Positions 37,291-49,500 of a DNA stretch of 64,000 nucleotides are shown in pieces. The stretch is from Eledone cirrhosa (Eukaryota). The notes beneath the pieces are model-generated. The model saw only the letters and a list, made by a program, of their open reading frames with translations, did not search any database and had not been told where the DNA came from. The stretch's first letter is position 1; each line of letters starts with the position of its first letter. Made by a program: the position numbers and the translations under genes. The stretch spans positions 26,598,001 through 26,662,000 of the forward strand of contig OZ024753.1 in the NCBI GenBank assembly GCA_964016885.1. Direction: 5' to 3'.

Positions 37291-39049
37291 GGATTAGGGT
37301 TTGGGTTAGGGTTAGGGTTAAGGTTTGGGTTAGGGTGTGCGTTAGGGTTAGTGTTAGGGTTAGTGTTAGGGTTAGCGCTAGCGTTAGGGTTAGGTTTAGT
37401 GTTTGGGTTAGCGTTTGGGTTACGGTTATTGTTTGGGTTAGTGTTAGGGTTAGCGTTAGTGTTAGGGTTAAGGTTAGGGTTAGTGTTGGTGTTTGGGTTT
37501 GGGTTAGGTTTTGTGTTTGGTTTAGTGTTAGGGTTAGGGTTAGGGGTAGGGTTAGGGGTAGGGTTAGGGTTTGTGTTAGGGTTTGGGTTAGTGTTAGGTT
37601 TATGTTTAGGGTTATTGTTTGTTAGGGCTCGGGTTAGGATTAGGGTTAGGGTTAGGATTAGGGTTTGGGTTAGGATTTGGGTTAGGGTTATTGTTAGTGT
37701 TACTGCTAGAGTTAGGGTTTGGGTTTGGGTTAGGGTTTGGGTTAGGGTTACGGTTAGTGTTTGGGTTAGTGTTAGGTTTAGAGTTTGTGTTAGGGTTAGT
37801 GTTATGTTTCCGGTTGGGGTTGCGGTTGGGATTAGCGTTGGGGATAGTGTTAGGGTTAGGCTTAGTGTTAGGGTTAGGTTTAGGTTTAGGGTTAGGGTTA
37901 TGTTTAGGGTTACGGTTAGGGTTACGGTTTGGGTTTGGGTTAGGTTTAGGGTTAGGGTCAGGGTTAGGGTTAGGGTTAGGGTTTCGGTTAGGGTTAGGGT
38001 TACGGTTGGGGTTTGGGCACGGGTTGGGTTTCGAGTTAGCGTTGGTGATAGGTTTGAGGTTAGAGTTAGGTTTAGGGTTATGGTTAGGGTTTGGGTTAGA
38101 GTTGGGGTTACGGTTAGGGTTAGGGTTTGGGTTAGGGTTATGTTAGGGTTAGGGTTAGGTTTAGTGTTATTGTTTATGTTAGGGTTTGGGTTAGGATTTG
38201 GGTTAGGGTTATTGTTAGTGTTACTGCTAGGGTTAGGGTTTGGGTTTGGGTTAGGGTTTGGGTCAGGGTTAGGGTTACGGTTAGTGTTTGGGTTAATGTT
38301 AGGGTTAGAGTTAGGGTTAGTGTTAGGGTTAGGGTTAGGTTTAGGGTTACATTTCCGGTTGGGATTGGCGTTGGGGATAGGGTTAGGGTTAGGGTTGGGT
38401 TAGGTTTAGGGTTAGTGTTAGGGTTAGTGCTTGGGTTGAGGTTGGGGTGGGGTTGGGGTGCGTGTTAAGGTTGGGGTTAGGGTTTGGGTTAGTGTTAGTG
38501 TTATGGGTAGGGTTAGGGTTGCGGTTGCAGTTGTGATTGGGGTTGGGGCTAGCGTTGGGTATAGGGTTGGGGTTAGAGTTAGGGTTAGAGTTAGGGTTGG
38601 GGTCAGGGTTAGCGTTGGGGTTAGGTTTAGGGTTAGCGTTGTGGTTAGGGTTAGTGTTAGCGTTGGGGTTAGGGTTAGGGTTAGAGTTATCGTTTGGGCT
38701 AGGGTTAGGGTTAGGTGTAGGTTTAGGGTTATGGTTTTGGGTTAGGGTTAGGGTGAGTGTTCGGGTTCGGATCAGGGTTACGGTTAGGTTTAGGGTTAGT
38801 GTTAAGATTTGGGTTAGGGTGTGCGTTAGGGTTAGGTTTTGTGTTAGGGTTATTGTTAGTGTTACTGTTAGGGTTAGGGTTTGGGTTAGGGTTAGGGTTT
38901 GGGTTAGGCTTAGTTTTAGGATTAGGTTTATGGTTAGGGTTAGGGTTTGTGTTAGGTTCAGGGTTACGGTTAGGATTACGGTTTGTGTTTGGGTTTGGTT
39001 TAGGGTTAGGGTTAGGGTTTGGGTTAGGGTTAGGGCTAGGGTTACTGTT

Positions 39050-42000
39050 AAGGGTAGGGTTATTGTTAGTGTTACTGCTAGGGTTAGGGTTTGGGTTTGG
39101 GTTAGGGTTTGGGTTAGGTTTACGGTTACGGTTAGTGTTTGGGTTATTATTAGGGTTAGATTTTGTGTTAGATTTAGGGTTAGGTTTCCGGTTGGGGTTG
39201 CGGTTGGGATTAGCGTTGGGGATAGTGTTAGGGTTAGGGTCAGTGTTAGTGTTAGGTTTAGGGTTAGGGTTAGGGTTATGTTTAGGGTTACGGTTAGGGT
39301 TACGGTTTGGGTTTGGGTTTGGGTTAGGTTTAGGTTTAGGGTTAGGGTTATGGATAGGGTTAGGGTTAGGGTTAGGGTTAGGGTTAGGGTTTGGGTTAGG
39401 TTTACGGTTAGTGTTTGGGTTAGTTTTAGGGTTAGCGTTAGGGTTACGGATAGGGTTAGGGTTTGGGTTAGGATTTGGGTTAGGGTTATTGTTAGTGTTA
39501 CTGCTAGGGTTAGGGTTTGGGTTTGGGTTAGGGTTACGGTTAGTGTTTGGGTTAGTTTTAGGGTTAGCGTTAGGGTTACGGATAGGGTTAGGGTTTGGGT
39601 TAGGATTTGGGTTAGGGTAATTGTTAGTGTTACTGTTAGGGTTTGGGCTAGGGTTAGGGTTTGGGTTAGGCTTAGTTTTAGGGTTAGGTTTATGGTTAAG
39701 GTTAGGGTTTGCGTTAGGTTCAGGGTTACGGTTAGGGTTACGGTTTGTGTTTGGGTTTGGTTTAGGGTTAGGGTTAGGGTTTGGGTTAGGGTTAGGGCTA
39801 GGGTTACTGTTAAGGGTAGGGTTATTGTTAGTGTTACTGCTAGGGTTAGGGTTTGGGTTTGGGTTAGGGTTTGGGTTAGGTTTACGGTTACGGTTAGTGT
39901 TTCGGTTATTATTAGGGTTAGAGTTTGTGTTAGATTTAGGGTTAGGTTTCCGGTTGGGGTTGCGGTTGGGATTAGCGTTGGGGATAGTGTTAGGGTTAGG
40001 GTCAGTGTTAGGGTTAGGTTTAGGGTTAGGGTTAGGGTTATGTTTAGGGTTATGGTTAGGGTTACGGTTTGGGTTTGGGTTTGGGTTAGGTTTAGGTTTA
40101 GGGTTAGGTTTATGGATAGGGTTAGGGTTAGGGTTAGGGTTAGGGTTAGGGTTTGGGTTAGGTTTACGGTTAGTGTTTGGGTTAGTTTTAGGGTTAGCGT
40201 TAGGGTTACGGATATGGTTAGGGTTTTGGGTTAGGATTTGGGTTAGGGTTATCGTTAGTGTTACTGCTAGGGTTAGGGTTTGGGTTTGGGTTAGGGTTAC
40301 GGTTAGTGTTTGGGTTAGTTTTAGGGTTAGCGTTAGGGTTACGGATAGGGTTAGGGTTTGGGTTAGGGTTAGGGTTAGGGTTAGGGTAATTGTAAGTATT
40401 ACTGTTAGGGTTAAGGTTTGGGTTAGGGTTAGGGTTTGGGTGAGGCTTAGTTTTAGGGTTAGGTTTATGGTTAGGGTTAGGGTTTGCGTTAGGTTCAGGG
40501 ATACGGTTAGGGTTACGGTTTTTGTTTGGGTTTGGTTTAGGGTTAGGGTTAGGGTTTGGGTTAGGTTTAGGGCTAGGGTTACTGTTAAGGGTAGGGTTAT
40601 TGTTAGTGTTACTGCAAGGGTTAGGGTTTGGGTTTGGGTTAGGGTTTGGTTTAGGTTTACGGTTACGGTTAGTGTTTGGGTTATTATTAGGGTTATAGTT
40701 TGTGTTAGGGTTAGGTTTAGGTTTCCGGATGGGGTTGCGGTTGGGATTAGCGTTGGGGATAGTGTTAGGGTTAGGGTTAGGGTTTGGGTTAGGCTTAGTT
40801 TCAGGGTTAGGTTTATGGTTAGGGTTAGGGTTAGGGTTTGCGTTAGGTTCAGGGTTACGGTTAGGGTTACGGTTTGTGTTTGGGTTAGGTTTATGGTTAG
40901 GGTTAGGGTTAGGGTTTGGGTTAGGGTTAGGGATAGGGTTACTGTTAAGGGTAGGGTTATGTTTAGGGTTAGGGTTAGGGTTTGGGTTAGGGTTACGGTT
41001 GGGGTTGGGGTTTGAGTTGGGGTTAGCTTAGGTGACAGGGTTGGGGTTAGAATTATGGTTAGGGTTATGGTTTGGGTTAGGGTTAGGGTTAGACTTAGGG
41101 TCAGGGTTTGCGTTAGGGTTTCGGTTAGGGTTAGTGTTACTGTTAGGGTTAGGGTTAGGGTTAGTGTTAGGGTTAGTGTTAGGGTTTGGATTAGGGTTAG
41201 GGTTAGGATAAAGGTTAGGGTTTGGGTTAGGGTTAGGGCTTGGGTTTGATCTCGGGTTAGGGTTAGGGTTAGGGTTAGGGTTAGGGCTAGGGTTACTGTT
41301 AAGGGTAGGGTTATTGTTAGTGTTACTGCTAGGGTTAGGGTTTGGGTTTGGGTTAGGGTTTGGGTTAGGTTTACGGTTACGGTTAGTGTTTCGGTTATTA
41401 TTAGGGTTAGAGTTTGTGTTAGATTTAGGGTTAGGTTTCCGGTTGGGGTTGCGGTTGGGATTAGCGTTGGGGATAGTGTTAGGGTTAGGGTCAGTGTTAG
41501 GGTTAGGGTTAGGGTTAGGGTTAGGGTTATGTTTAGGGTTACGGTTAGGGTTACGGTTTGGGTTTGGGTTTGGGTTAGGTTTAGGTTTAGGGTTAGGTTT
41601 ATGGATAGGGTTAGGGTTAGGGTTAGGGTTAGGGTTAGGGTTTGGGTTAGGTTTACGGTTAGTGTTTGGGTTAGTTTTAAGGTTAGCGTTAGGGTTACGG
41701 ATATGGTTAGGGTTTGGGGTTAGGATTTGGGTTAGGGTTATCGTTAGTGTTACTGCTAGGGTTAGGGTTTGGGTTTGGGTTAGGGTTACGGTTAGTGTTT
41801 GGGTTAGTTTTAGGGTTAGCGTTAGGGTTACGGATAGGGTTAGGGTTTGGGTTAGGATTTGGGTTAGGGTAATTGTTAGTGTTACTGTTAGGGTTAGGGT
41901 TTGGGCTAGGGTTAGTGTTTGGGTTAGGCTTAGTTTTAGGGTTAGGTTTATGGTTAGGGTTAGGGTTTGCGTTAGGTTCAGGGTTACGGTTAGGGTTACG

Positions 42001-43510
42001 GTTTGTGTTTGGGTTTGGTTTAGGGTAAGGGTTAGGGTTTGGGTTAGGTTTAGGGCTAGGGTTACTGTTAAGGATAGGGTTATTGTTAGTGTTACTGCTA
42101 GGGTTAGGGTTTGGGTTTGGGTTAGGGTTTGGGTTAGGTTTACGGTTACGGTTAGTGTTTGGGTTATTATTAGGATTAGAGTTTGTGTTAGATTTAGGGT
42201 TAGGTTTCCGGTTGGGGTTGCGGTTGGGATTAGCGTTGGGGATAGTATTAGGGTTAGGGTCAGTGTTAGGGTTAGGTTTAGGGTTAGGGTTATGTTTAGG
42301 GTTACGGTTAGTGTTACGGTTTGGGTTTGGGTTTGGGTTAGGTTTAGATTTAGGGTTAGGGTTATGGATAGGGTTAGGGTTAGTGTTAGGGTTAGGGTTA
42401 GGGTTTGGGTTAGGTTTACGGTTACTGTTTGTGTTAGTTTTAGGCTTAGCGTTAGGGTTACGGATAGGGTTAGGGTTTGGGTTAGGATTTGGGTTAGGGT
42501 TATTGTTAGTGTTACTGCTAGGGTTAGGGTTTGGGTTTGAGTTAGGGTTACGGTTAGTGTTTGGGTTAGTTTTAGGGTTAGCGTTAGGGTTACGGATAGG
42601 GTTAGGGTTTGGGTTAGGGTAATTGTAAGTATTACTGTTAGGGTTAGGGTTTGGGTTAGGGTTAGGGTTTGGGTGAGGCTTAGTTTTAGGGTTAGGTTTA
42701 TGGTTAGGGTTAGGGTTTGCGTTAGGTTCAGGGATACGGTTAGGGTTACGGTTTTTGTTTGGGTTTGGTTTAGGGTTAGGGTTAGGGTTTGGGTTAGGTT
42801 TAGGGCTAGGGTTACTGTTAAGGGTAGGGTTATTGTTAGTGTTACTGCAAGGGTTAGGGTTTGGGTTTGGGTTAGGGTTTGGTTTAGGTTTACGGTTACG
42901 GTTAGTGTTTGGGTTATTATTAGGGTTAGAGTTTGTGTTAGGGTTAGGGTTAGGTTTCCGGATGGGGTTGCGGTTGGGATTAGCGTTGGGGATAGTGTTA
43001 GGGTTAGGGTTAGGGTTTGGGTTAGGCTTAGTTTCAGGGTTAGGTTTATGGTTAGGGTTAGGGTTAGGGTTTGCGTTAGGTTCAGGGTTACGGTTAGGGT
43101 TACGGTTTGTGTTTGGGTTAGGTTTATGGTTAGGGTTAGGGTTAGGGTTTGGGTTAGGGTTAGGGATAGGGTTACTGTTAAGGGTAGGGTTATGTTTAGG
43201 GTTAGGGTTAGGGTTTGGGTTAGGGTTACGGTTGGGGTTGGGGTTTGAGTTGGGGTTAGCTTAGGTGACAGGGTTGGGGTTAGAATTATGGTTAGGGTTA
43301 TGGTTTGGGTTAGGGTTAGGGTTAGACTTAGGGTCAGGGTTTGTGTTAGGGTTTCGGTTAGGGTTAGTGTTACTGTTAGGGTTAGGGTTAGTGTTAGGGT
43401 TAGTGTTAGGGTTTGGATTAGGGTTAGGGTTAGGATAAAGGTTAGGGTTTGGGTTAGGGTTAGGGCTTGGGTTTGATCTCGGGTTAGGGTTAGGGTTAGG
43501 GTTAGGGTTA
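39050..43510 (+). repeat. ~2.23-kb tandem duplication (trimer of ~750-bp monomers)
   Basis: Offset 2233 for 40681/42914, 41055/43288 and ORF ends 41031/43264; 2251-2258 upstream. Confidence 0.78.
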
Positions 43511-46500
43511 AGGTTTGGGTTAGGGTGTGCGTTAGGGTTAGTGTTAGGGTTAGTGTTAGGGTTAGGGTTAGGGTTAGGGTTTGGTTTAGGGTTAGGGCTA
43601 GTGTTAGGGTTAGGTTTAGTGTTTGGGTTAGCGTTTGGGTTACGGTTATTGTTTGGGTTAGTGTTAGGGTTAGCGTTAGTGTTAGGGTTAAGGTTAGGGT
43701 TATTGTTGGTGTTTGGGTTTGGGTTAGGTTTTGTGTTTGGGTTAGGGTTAGCGATAGGGTTAGGGTTAGGGTTAGGGGTAGGGTTGGGGTTAGGGTTAGG
43801 GTTAGGGTTGGGGTTGCGGTTAGGGTTAGGGTTAGGGTTGGGGTTGGGGTTAGCGTTAGGGTTAGGGTTAGGGTTTGTGTTAGGGTTTGGGTTAGTGTTA
43901 GGTTTATGTTTAGGGTTATTGTTTGTTAGGGCTCGGGTTAGGATTAGGGTTATGGTTAGGATTAGGGTTTCGGTTAGGATTTGGGTTAGGGTTATTGTTA
44001 GTGTTACTGCTAGAGTTAGGGTTTGGGTTTGGGTTAGGGTTTGGGTTAGGGTTACGGTTAGTGTTTGGGTTAGTGTTAGGTTTAGAGTTTGTGTTAGGGT
44101 TAGTGTTAGGGTTAGGTTTAGGTTTAGGGTTAGGGTTGTGTTTAGGGTTACGGTTAGGGTTACGGTTTGGGTTTGGGTTAGGTTTAGGGTTAGGGTTAGG
44201 GTTAGGGTTAGGGTTTCGGTTAGGGTTAGGGTTACGGTTGGGGTTTGGGTACGGGTTGGGGTTCGAGTTAGCGTTGGTGATAGGTTTGAGGTTAGAGTTA
44301 GGTTTAGGGTTATGGTTAGGGTTTGGGTTAGAGTTGGGGTTACGGTTAGGGTTAGGGTTTGGGTTAGGGTTATGTTAGGGTTAGGGTTAGGTTTAGTGTT
44401 ATTGTTTATGTTAGGGTTTGGGTTAGGATTTGGGTTAGGGTTATTGTTAGTGTTACTGCTAGGGTTAGGGTTTGGGTTTGGGTTAGGGTTTGGGTCAGGG
44501 TTAGGGTTACGGTTAGTGTTTGGGTTAATGTTAGGGTTAGAGTTAGGGTTAGTGTTAGGGTTAGGGTTAGGGTTAGGGTTACGTTTCCGGTTGGGATTAG
44601 CGTTGGGGATAGGTTTAGGGTTAGGGTAGGTTAGGTTTAGGGTTAGTGTTAGGGTTAGTGTTTGAGTTGGGGTTGGGGTAGGGTTGGTGTGCGTGTTAAG
44701 GTTGGGGTTAGGGTTTGGGTTAGGGTTAGTGTTATGGGTAGGGTTAGGGTTGCGGTTGCAGTTGTGGTTGGGGTTGGGGCTAGCGTTGGGTATAGGGTTG
44801 GGGTTAGAGTTAGGGTTAGAGTTAGGGTTGGGGTTAGAGTTAGCGTTGGGGTTAGGTTTAGGGTTAGCGTTGGGGTTAGGGTTAGGGTTAGCGTTGGGGT
44901 TAGGGTTAGGGTTAGAGTTATCGTTTGGGCTAGGGTTAGTGTTAGGTGTAGCTTTAGGGTTATGGTTTTGGGTTAGGGTTAGGGTGAGTGTTCGGGTTCG
45001 GATCAGGGTTACGGTTAGGTTTAGGGTTAGTGTTAAGATTTGGGTTAGGGTGTGCGTTAGGGTTAGGTTTTGGGTTAGGGTTATTGTTAGTGTTACTGTT
45101 AGGGTTAGGGTTTGGGTTAGGGTTAGGGTTTGGGTTAGGCTTAGTTTTAGGGTTAGGTTTATGGTTAGCGTTAGGGTTTGTGTTAGGGTTAGGGCTAGGG
45201 TTACTGTTAAGGGTAGGGTTATTGTTAGTGTTACTGCTAGGGTTAGGGTTTGGGTTTGGGTTAGGGTTTGGGTTAGGTTTACGGTTACGGTTAGTGTTTG
45301 GGTTATTATTAGGGTTAGATTTTGTGTTAGACTTAGGGTTAGGTTTCCGGTTGGGGTTGCGGTTGGGATTAGCGTTGGGGATAGTGTTAGGGTTAGGGTC
45401 AGTGTTAGGGTTAGGTTTAGGGTTAGGGTTAGTGTTATGTTTACGGTTACGTTTAGGGTTACGGTTTGGGTTTGGGTTTGGGTTAGGTTTAGGTTTAGGG
45501 TTAGGGTTAGGGTTAGGGTTAGGGTTTGGGTTAGGATTTGGGTTAGGGTAATTGTTAGTGTTACTGTTAGGGTTAGGGTTTGGGTTAGGGTTAGGGTTTG
45601 GGTTAGGCTTAGTTTTAGGGTTAGGTTTATGGTTAGGGTTAGGGTTTGCGTTAGGTTCAGGGTTACGGTTAGGGTTACGGTTTGTGTTTGGGTTTGGTTT
45701 AGGGTTAGGGTTAGGGTTTGGGTTAGGGTTAGGGCTAGGGTTACTGTTAAGGGTAGGGTTATTGTTAGTGTTACTGCTAGGGTTTGGGTTAGGGTTTGGG
45801 TTAGGTTTACGGTTACGGTTAGTGTTTGGGTTATTATTAGTGTTAGAGTTTGTGTTAGATTTAGGGTTAGGTTTCCGGTTGGGGTTGCGGTTGGGATTAG
45901 CGTTGGGGATAGTGTTAGGGTTAGGGTCAGTGTTAGGGTTAGGGTCAGTGTTAGGGTTAGGTTTAAGGTTAGGGATAAGGTTATGTTTAGGGTTACGGTT
46001 AGGGTTACGGTTTGGGTTTGGGTTAGGTTTAGGTTTAGGGTTAGGGTTATGGTTATGGTTAGGGTTAGGGTTAGGGTTAGGATTTGGGTTAGCGTTCGAG
46101 TTAGGGTTAAGGTTAGGTTTGGGGTTTGGTTTAGGGTTAGGGCTAGCGTTAGGGTTAGGTTTAGGGTTTGGGTTAGGGTTTGGGTTAGGTTTACGGTTAG
46201 TGTTTGGGTTAGTTTTAGGGTTAGCGTGAGGGTTACGGATAGGGTTAGGGTTTGGGTTAGGATTTGGGTTAGGGTTATTGTTAGTGTTACTGCTAGGGTT
46301 AGGGTTTGGGTTTGGGTTAGGGTTACGGTTAGTGTTTGGGTTAGTTTTAGGGTTAGCGTTAGGGTTACGGATAGGGTTAGGGTTTGGGTTAGGGTAATTG
46401 TTAGTATTACTGTTAGGGTTAGGGTTTGGGTTAGGGTTAGTGTTTGGGTTTGGGTTAGGGTCTGGTTTAGGTTTACGTTTACGGTTAGTGTTTGGGTTAT

Positions 46501-49500
46501 TATTAGCGTTAGAGTTTGTGTTAGGGTTAGGGTTAGGTTTCCGGTTGGGGTTGCGGTTGGGATTAGCGTTGGGGATAGTGTTAGGGTTAGGGTCAGTGTT
46601 AGGGTTAGGTTTAGGATTAGGGTTAGGGTTATGTTTAGGGTTACGGTTAGGGTTACGGTTTGGGTTTGGGTTTGGGTTAGGTTTAGGGTTAGGGTTAGGG
46701 TTATGGATAGGGTTAGGGTTTGGGTTAGAATTTGGGTTAGGGTTATTGTTAGTGTTACTGTTAGGGTTAGGGTTTGGGTTTGTGTTAGGGTTTGGGTTAA
46801 GTTAGGTTTACGGTTAGTGTTTGGGTTAGTGTAAGGTTTAGTGTTAGGGTTAGTGTTAGGGTTAGTGTTAGGGTTAGGGTTACGTTTCCGGTTGGGATTG
46901 AGGTTGGGGTTAGCGTTGGGGATAGGGTTTGGGTTAGGGTTAGGGTTTGGGTTAGGCTTAGTTTCAGGGTTAGGTTTATGGTTAGGGTTAGGGTTAGGGT
47001 TTGCGTTAGGTTCAGGGTTATGGTTAGGGTTACGGTTTGTGTTTGGTTTAGGTTTATGGTTAGGGTTAGGGTTAGGGTTTGGGTTAGGGTTAGGGATAGG
47101 GTTACTGTTAAGGGTAGGGTTATGTTTAAGGTTAGGGTTAGGGTTTGGGTTAGGGTTACGGTTGGGGTTGGGGTTTGAGTTGGGGTTAGCTTAGGTGACA
47201 GGGTTGGGGTTAGAATTATGGTTAGGGTTATGGTTTGTGTTAGGGTTAGGGTTAGACTTAGGGTTAGGGCTTGTGTTAAGGTTTGGGTTAGGGTTAGTGT
47301 TACTGTTAGGGTTAGGGTTAGGGTTATGGTTAGGGTTAGTGTTAGGGTTAGTGTTAGGGTTTGGATTAGGGTTAGGGTTAGGATAAAGGTTAGGGTTTCG
47401 GTTAGGGTTAGGGCTTGGGTTTGATCTCGGGTTAGGGTTAGGGTTAGGGTTAGGGTTAAGGTTTGGGTTAGGGTGTGCGTTAGGGTTAGTGTTAGGGTTA
47501 GTGTTAGGGTTAGGGTTAGTGTTAGGGTTTGGTTTAGGGTTAGGGCTAGCGTTAGGGTTAGGTTTAGTGTTTGGGTTAGCGTTTGGGTTACGGTTATTGT
47601 TTGGGTTAGTGTTAGGGTTAGCGTTAGTGTTAGGGTTAAGGTTAGGGTTAGTGTTGGTGTTTGGGTTTGGGTTAGGTTTTGTGTTTGGGTTAGGGTTAGC
47701 GATAGGGTTAGGGTTAGGGTTAGGGGTAGGGTTAGGGGTAGGGTTAGGGTTTGTGTTAGGGTTTGGGTTAATGTTAGGTTTATGTTTAGGGTTATTGTTT
47801 GTTAGGGCTCGGGTTAGGGTTAGGGTTAGGATTAGGGTTTGGGTTAGGATTTGGGTTAGGGTTATTGTTAGTGTTACTGCTAGGGTTAGGGTTTTGGTTT
47901 GGGTTAGGGTTAGGGTTACGGTTAGTGTTTGGGTTAGTGTTAGGTTTAGAGTTTGTGTTAGGGTTAGGGTTAGGGTTAGGGTTAGGGTTAGGGTTAGGGT
48001 TAGGGTTTCGGTTAGGGTTACGGTTGGGGTACGGGTTGGGGTTCGAGTTAGCGTTGGTGATAGGTTTGAGGTTAGAGTTAGGTTTAGGGTTATGGTTAGG
48101 GTTTGGGTTAGAGTTGGGGTTACGGTTAGGGTTAGGGTTAGGGTTATGTTAGGTTTAGGGTTAGGTTTATGTTTAGGGTTAGCGTTAGTGTTAGTGTTAA
48201 GGTTTGGATTAGGGTTAGGGTTAGAGTTAGGATTAGGATTTGGGTTTGGGTTTGGGTTAGGGTTAGGGCTTGGGTTTGGGTTTGTTTTCGGGTTAGGGTT
48301 AGTGTTAGGATTAGGGTTACGGTGTAGGTTTAGGGTTAGGGTTTGGGTTAGCGTTGGGGTTAGTGTTTGGGTTGGGGTTGGGGTGGGGTTGGGTGCGGGT
48401 TAAGGTTGGAGTTAGGGTTAGGATTGAGTTTCGGGTTAGGGTTAGGGTTAGAGATAGGGTTAGAGTTAGCGTTGGGGTTAGGGTTAGTGTTAGAGTTAGG
48501 GTTAGATTTAGGATTACGGTTGCAGTTGTGGTTGGGGTTGGGGCTAGCGTTGGGGATAGGGTTGGGGTTAGAGTTAGGGTTACTGTTAGGGTTGGGGTTA
48601 GGGTTAGCGTTGGGGTTAAGGTTAGGGTTAGGGTTTGGGTTAGGGTTAGGGTTAGAGTTATCGTTTGGGTTAGGGTTAGGGTTAGGTGTAGGTTTAGGGT
48701 TATGGTTTTGGGTTATGATTTTGGGTTAGGGTTAGCGTTAGTGTTAGGGTTAGTGTTCGGGTTTGGATTAGGGTTAGTGTTAGGGTTAGGGCTTGTGCTT
48801 GTTTTTGGTTTCGGGTTAGGATTAGGGTTAGTGTTAAGATTTGGGTTAGGGTGTGCGTTACGGTTAGGGTTAGTGTTAGGATTAGGGTTATGGTTAGGTT
48901 TAGGGTTAGGGTTTGTGTTTGGGTTAGGGTTAGGGTTAGAGTTAAGGTTTGGGTTAGGGTTCGAGTTAGGGTGAGGGTTAGGTTTTGGGTTTGGTTTAGT
49001 GTTAGGGCTAGCGTTAGGGTTAGGTTTAGGGTTTGGGTTAGGGTTTGGGTTAGGTTTACGGTTAGTGTTTGGGTTAGTTTTAGGGTTAGCGTTAGGGTTA
49101 GGATTCGGGTTAGTGTTTGGGTTGGGGTTGGGATGGGGTTGGGGTGCGTGTGGGTTAGGGTTAGGGTTAAGGTTAGGGTTAGTGTTGGGGTTTGTGTTTG
49201 GGTTAGGGTTAGGTTTTGTGTTTGGGTTAGTGTTAGGGTTAGGGTTAGGGGTAGGGTTAGGGTTTGTGTTAGGGTTTGGGTTTGGTTTATGTTTAGGGTT
49301 ATTGTTTATGTTAGGGCTCGGGTTAGGATTAGGGTTACGGTTAGGTTTATGGTTAGGGTTTGGGTTTGGTTTAGGGTTAGGGCTAGCTTTAGGGTTAGGT
49401 TTAGTGTTTGGGTTAGGGTTTGGGTTAAGGTTACGGTTAGTGTTTGGGTTAGTGTCAGGCTTAGCATTAGGGTTAGGTTTAGGGTTAGTGTTTGAGTTGG

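Larger units (their letters stand above)
32700..46800 (+). repeat. ~770-bp-monomer subfamily array, first cluster
   Basis: Diagnostic TTATTATTAG landmark at 33047, 34211, 34853, 36449, 39144, 39906, 40681, 41395, 42164, 42914, 45303, 45831, 46497. Not seen before 33 kb. Confidence 0.85.
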
